64,000 nucleotides of DNA from the human T2T-CHM13v2.0 reference genome, Homo sapiens, in NCBI RefSeq assembly GCF_009914755.1, contig NC_060939.1. One strand, 5' to 3'. Numbering within the stretch: the first letter of the stretch is position 1; every line of letters begins with the position of its first letter. The notes below the pieces were generated by a model. The model ran no database searches. It was not told the origin of the DNA and saw nothing but the letters and a program-made list of their open reading frames with translations. Below, piece by piece: positions 60,474-64,000 of this stretch. Both the position numbers and the translations under genes were made by a program.

Positions 60474-61412
60474 GGATAAAGCAAAAGTGGTTCTTCTACA
60501 GCATCGAATACTACACAGCCATGAAAAAGAATAAAATCACATCCTTTGCAGCCACATGGATGTAGCTGGAGGGCATTATGCTTAATGAATTAAGAACAGA
60601 AAATCAAATACCACATGTTCTTGACTGGATAAAGCAATTGTGGCCCTTCTACGCCATGGAATACTGCACAGCCATGAAAAAGAATAAAATCATGTCTTTG
60701 CAGCCACATGGATGCAGCTGAAGGGAATTATGCTTAGTGAATTAATGCCAGGAAAAGAAAATCGAATACCACATGTTCTCCACTAGATAAAGCAAATGTG
60801 GTCTTTCTGCATCATGGAATACTACGCAGCCATGAAAAAGAATAATATCATGTCCTTTGCAGCCACATGGACACAGCTGAAGGACATTATGCTTAGTGAA
60901 TTAATGCCAGGAACAGAAAATGAAATACTACATGTCCTCAACTGGATAAAGCAAATGTGGCCCTTCTACACCACGGAATACTACACAGTGATGAAAAAAA
61001 TAAAATCTTGTCTTTGCAGCCACATGGATGCAGCCAGAGGGCATTATGCTTAGTGAATCAATATGAGGAACAGAAAATCAAAGACCACATGTTCTTCACT
61101 AGATAAAGCAAATGTGGTCCTTCTGCATCATGGAATACTACACAGCCATGAACAAGAATAAAATCATGCCCTTTGCAGCAACATGGATGAAGCTGAAGGG
61201 CATTATGCTTAGTGAATTAATGCCAGAAACAAAATCAAATACCACATGTTCTCAATTAGATAAAGCAAATGTGGTCCTTCCGCATCATGGAATACTACAC
61301 AGCCATGAACAAGAATAAAATCATGCCCTTTGTAGTCACGTGGATGAAGCTGAAGGGCACTATGCTTAGTGAATTAACGCCAGGAACAGAAAATCAAATA
61401 CCACATGTTCTC
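60474..61412 (+). repeat. L1-derived tandem repeat, 6 x ~157 bp, within an L1PB-like 3' end (~60020-62200)
   Basis: Units start at 60474, 60627, 60785, 60944, 61101, 61258 (GATAAAGCAAATGTGG...GAATACTACACAGCCATGAA...CCACATGTTC). Confidence 0.92.
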
Positions 61413-61520
61413 GCTTATAGGTGGGAGCTAAACATTGCCTGCACCTGGACACAATGAAGGGGCACCACAGACCCTCAGTACTAATAGAGCAGGAAGCAGG
61501 GGCGGGGGTACAAGGGTTGA

Positions 61521-61941
<421 letters not shown>

Positions 61942-62756
61942 TCTTCTTATATATTCTAGAACTCCTCTAGAATTTGGGGTTTGTTTTTCTTAATTACAAG
62001 GAATCAAGTTGAATCATTAGTGCATATATAAATATGCATTTTATTTTTAGTACACATTATATACCTCAGGAATGTACAATGCTCAGTGCCTGGGTGACGG
62101 GATTATTCATACCCCAAACCTCAGCAACGTACAATATCCTCAGGTCACAAAGCTGCCCGTGGATCCCCTGAATCTATAATAATAATAATAAATAAAAAGT
62201 GACTTTGTCATTCGCAGGGAAATGCAAATGACATTCACTCTGCCTCTCAGGCCCTTGGATTCCCAAAATTTGTTTTCATCACGCCCAGGGGACACTCAGA
62301 ATCTCATTTTCAGAACATGGGTTGTTTTTCTTAGAAACACTTTGCAAAACAAAATAGGAAGCAAAATCTTTCTCACTCCTTCCACTCCGTAATAGACAAA
62401 ATAAAATGAGGGGTCAGGAATCCAGAGACTTTGACTGCAGTTGGCAGATTTATTGTGGTACAGACATGAAGGCAAACAGTGTTCTCTCTGATTCTACAAA
62501 CCGTACAGCCCGGGCCGGCTGCCTTCTGCTTTCTGGATGGTGCAGGCATGAGCTCCAAGCCCAAATTTCACCGGAGCTCCAGGAATCGAGCCTGGCCCAG
62601 GCACTCACTGCACGGGGGCCAAGCGTGAAACCAGTGATCACTCCAGCAAGGTAACAGGACAGCTTGGTGATCCTTCTTGCCGGCCACAAAAGGTTATAGC
62701 CAGAATTCCACCGAATGTGGTCTTTCTGTGTCTCTCCCCAGACAGCGAAGCTGGAC

Positions 62757-63481
62757 AAACCTGGGGGTGGGGGGTGGGGGGTGCTGACCTCAGTGGGGTG
62801 TCCTGGAGGGGCAGGAACCAGGGTTTACAGGGTGCAGATCCTACTGAAGCAAATGGACGTGGCATCCGCGGGCAGAGCTGGCTGTGGCGTCCCCCCTCTG
62901 CCTGCGGTGTCACCAAATGTACCCAGAGACCGCTTGTAAACCTGGAGGGTGTGCTAACGTCAGTGGGGTGTCCTGGAGAGGCAGGAACCTGGGAATCCAA
63001 GGTACAGATTCTACTAAAGCAAATGGACGTGGCATCCGCGGGCAGAGCTGGCTGTGGCGTCCCCCCTTCTGCCTGGGGTGTCACCACATTTCACCAAGAG
63101 ACCCCTTCTAAACCTGGGCAGTGTGCTGACCTCAGTGGGGTGTCCTGGAGAGGCAGGAACCAGGGTTTACAGGATGCAGATCCTACTGAAGCAAATGGAC
63201 ATGGCATCTGCGGGCAGAGCTAGGTGTGGCTGGCCTTCCAGCCTGGATGTCCCCCCCCTGCCTGGGGTGTCACCAAATGCACCCAGAGACCCCTTCTAAA
63301 CCTGGGGGGATGTGCTGACCTCAGTGGGGTTTCCTGGAGAGGCAGGAACCTGGGTTACCAGGGTGCATATCCTACTGAAGCAAATGGACGTGGCATCCTT
63401 GAGCAGAGCTGGCTGTGGCTGGCCTTCCAGCCTGGACGTCTCCCCCACTGCCTGGGGTGTCACCAAATGCACCCAGAGACC
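62757..63481 (+). repeat. ~180-bp GC-rich tandem repeat, 4 copies
   Basis: Units start AAACCTGG at 62757, 62938, 63110, 63298. Confidence 0.92.
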
Positions 63482-63584
63482 TCTCTTCTGAAAGCCCATT
63501 CATGGGAAGCCTCCAGGTCTCCTCGGTAGGCAGCATCACGTCTGATTTAACTGCGTTATCAGGTAATGCAGGCCTGTTCTACCT

Positions 63585-63850
63585 GTGTGAGTGAGCGCGT
63601 GGGTGCCGTGTGGGAGTGTGTGTGTTGATGTGGGTGTGGGTGTGTGCTTGTGTGGCTGTGTGTGCCTGTTTATGTGATGATGAGTGTTTCTGTGAGTCTG
63701 TAAGACAACGTGTGTTTCCATGCATGTTTCTGTGTGAGCGTGCATTCCTGTGTTTTATGGAAGTGTGTTTTTGTGATGGTGTTTGTGTGTGCCCCTGTGT
63801 TTATCGTATTTGTGTGTTTGTGAATATGAATGTATGTGTGTGAATCTGTA
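63585..63850. repeat. TG-rich low-complexity sequence
   Basis: Degenerate (TG)n. Confidence 0.85.
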
Positions 63851-63866
63851 TGGCAATGTATAAATT

Positions 63867-64000
<134 letters not shown>

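Overview
Human (hominoid) genomic DNA with the architecture of a pericentromeric segmental-duplication mosaic. I found no intact protein-coding gene. The only recognisable gene remnant is an unprocessed, partial BMS1 pseudogene on the minus strand: eight exons at 16054-23105, about exons 14-21 of the parent by my recollection. All its GT-AG sites are intact, but it carries two frameshift deletions and two CGA>TGA stops. About 5 kb upstream it is fused to an interstitial subtelomeric TAR1 (TERRA-promoter-type) CpG island. This island contains a ~700-bp adenine-free CCG-rich minisatellite and a strong minus-strand splice donor at 28449, which suggests a duplication-born chimeric lncRNA unit. Next come a degenerate ~45-bp GC repeat, a ~5.4-kb CAGGG/switch-like repeat with an internal orientation flip, a ~3-kb GAAAT/GAGAT satellite and an AT-rich block. 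The window ends in a GC-richer block with ERVL, ERV1 and MaLR remnants and several VNTRs, including a 6-copy tandem array made from the L1 3' end. The rest is Alu, L1, L2, MIR, Tigger2 and Charlie debris. Most long ORFs in the supplied track are repeat artefacts. Repeat subfamily names and the BMS1 comparison come from memory of consensus sequences, not from a search.
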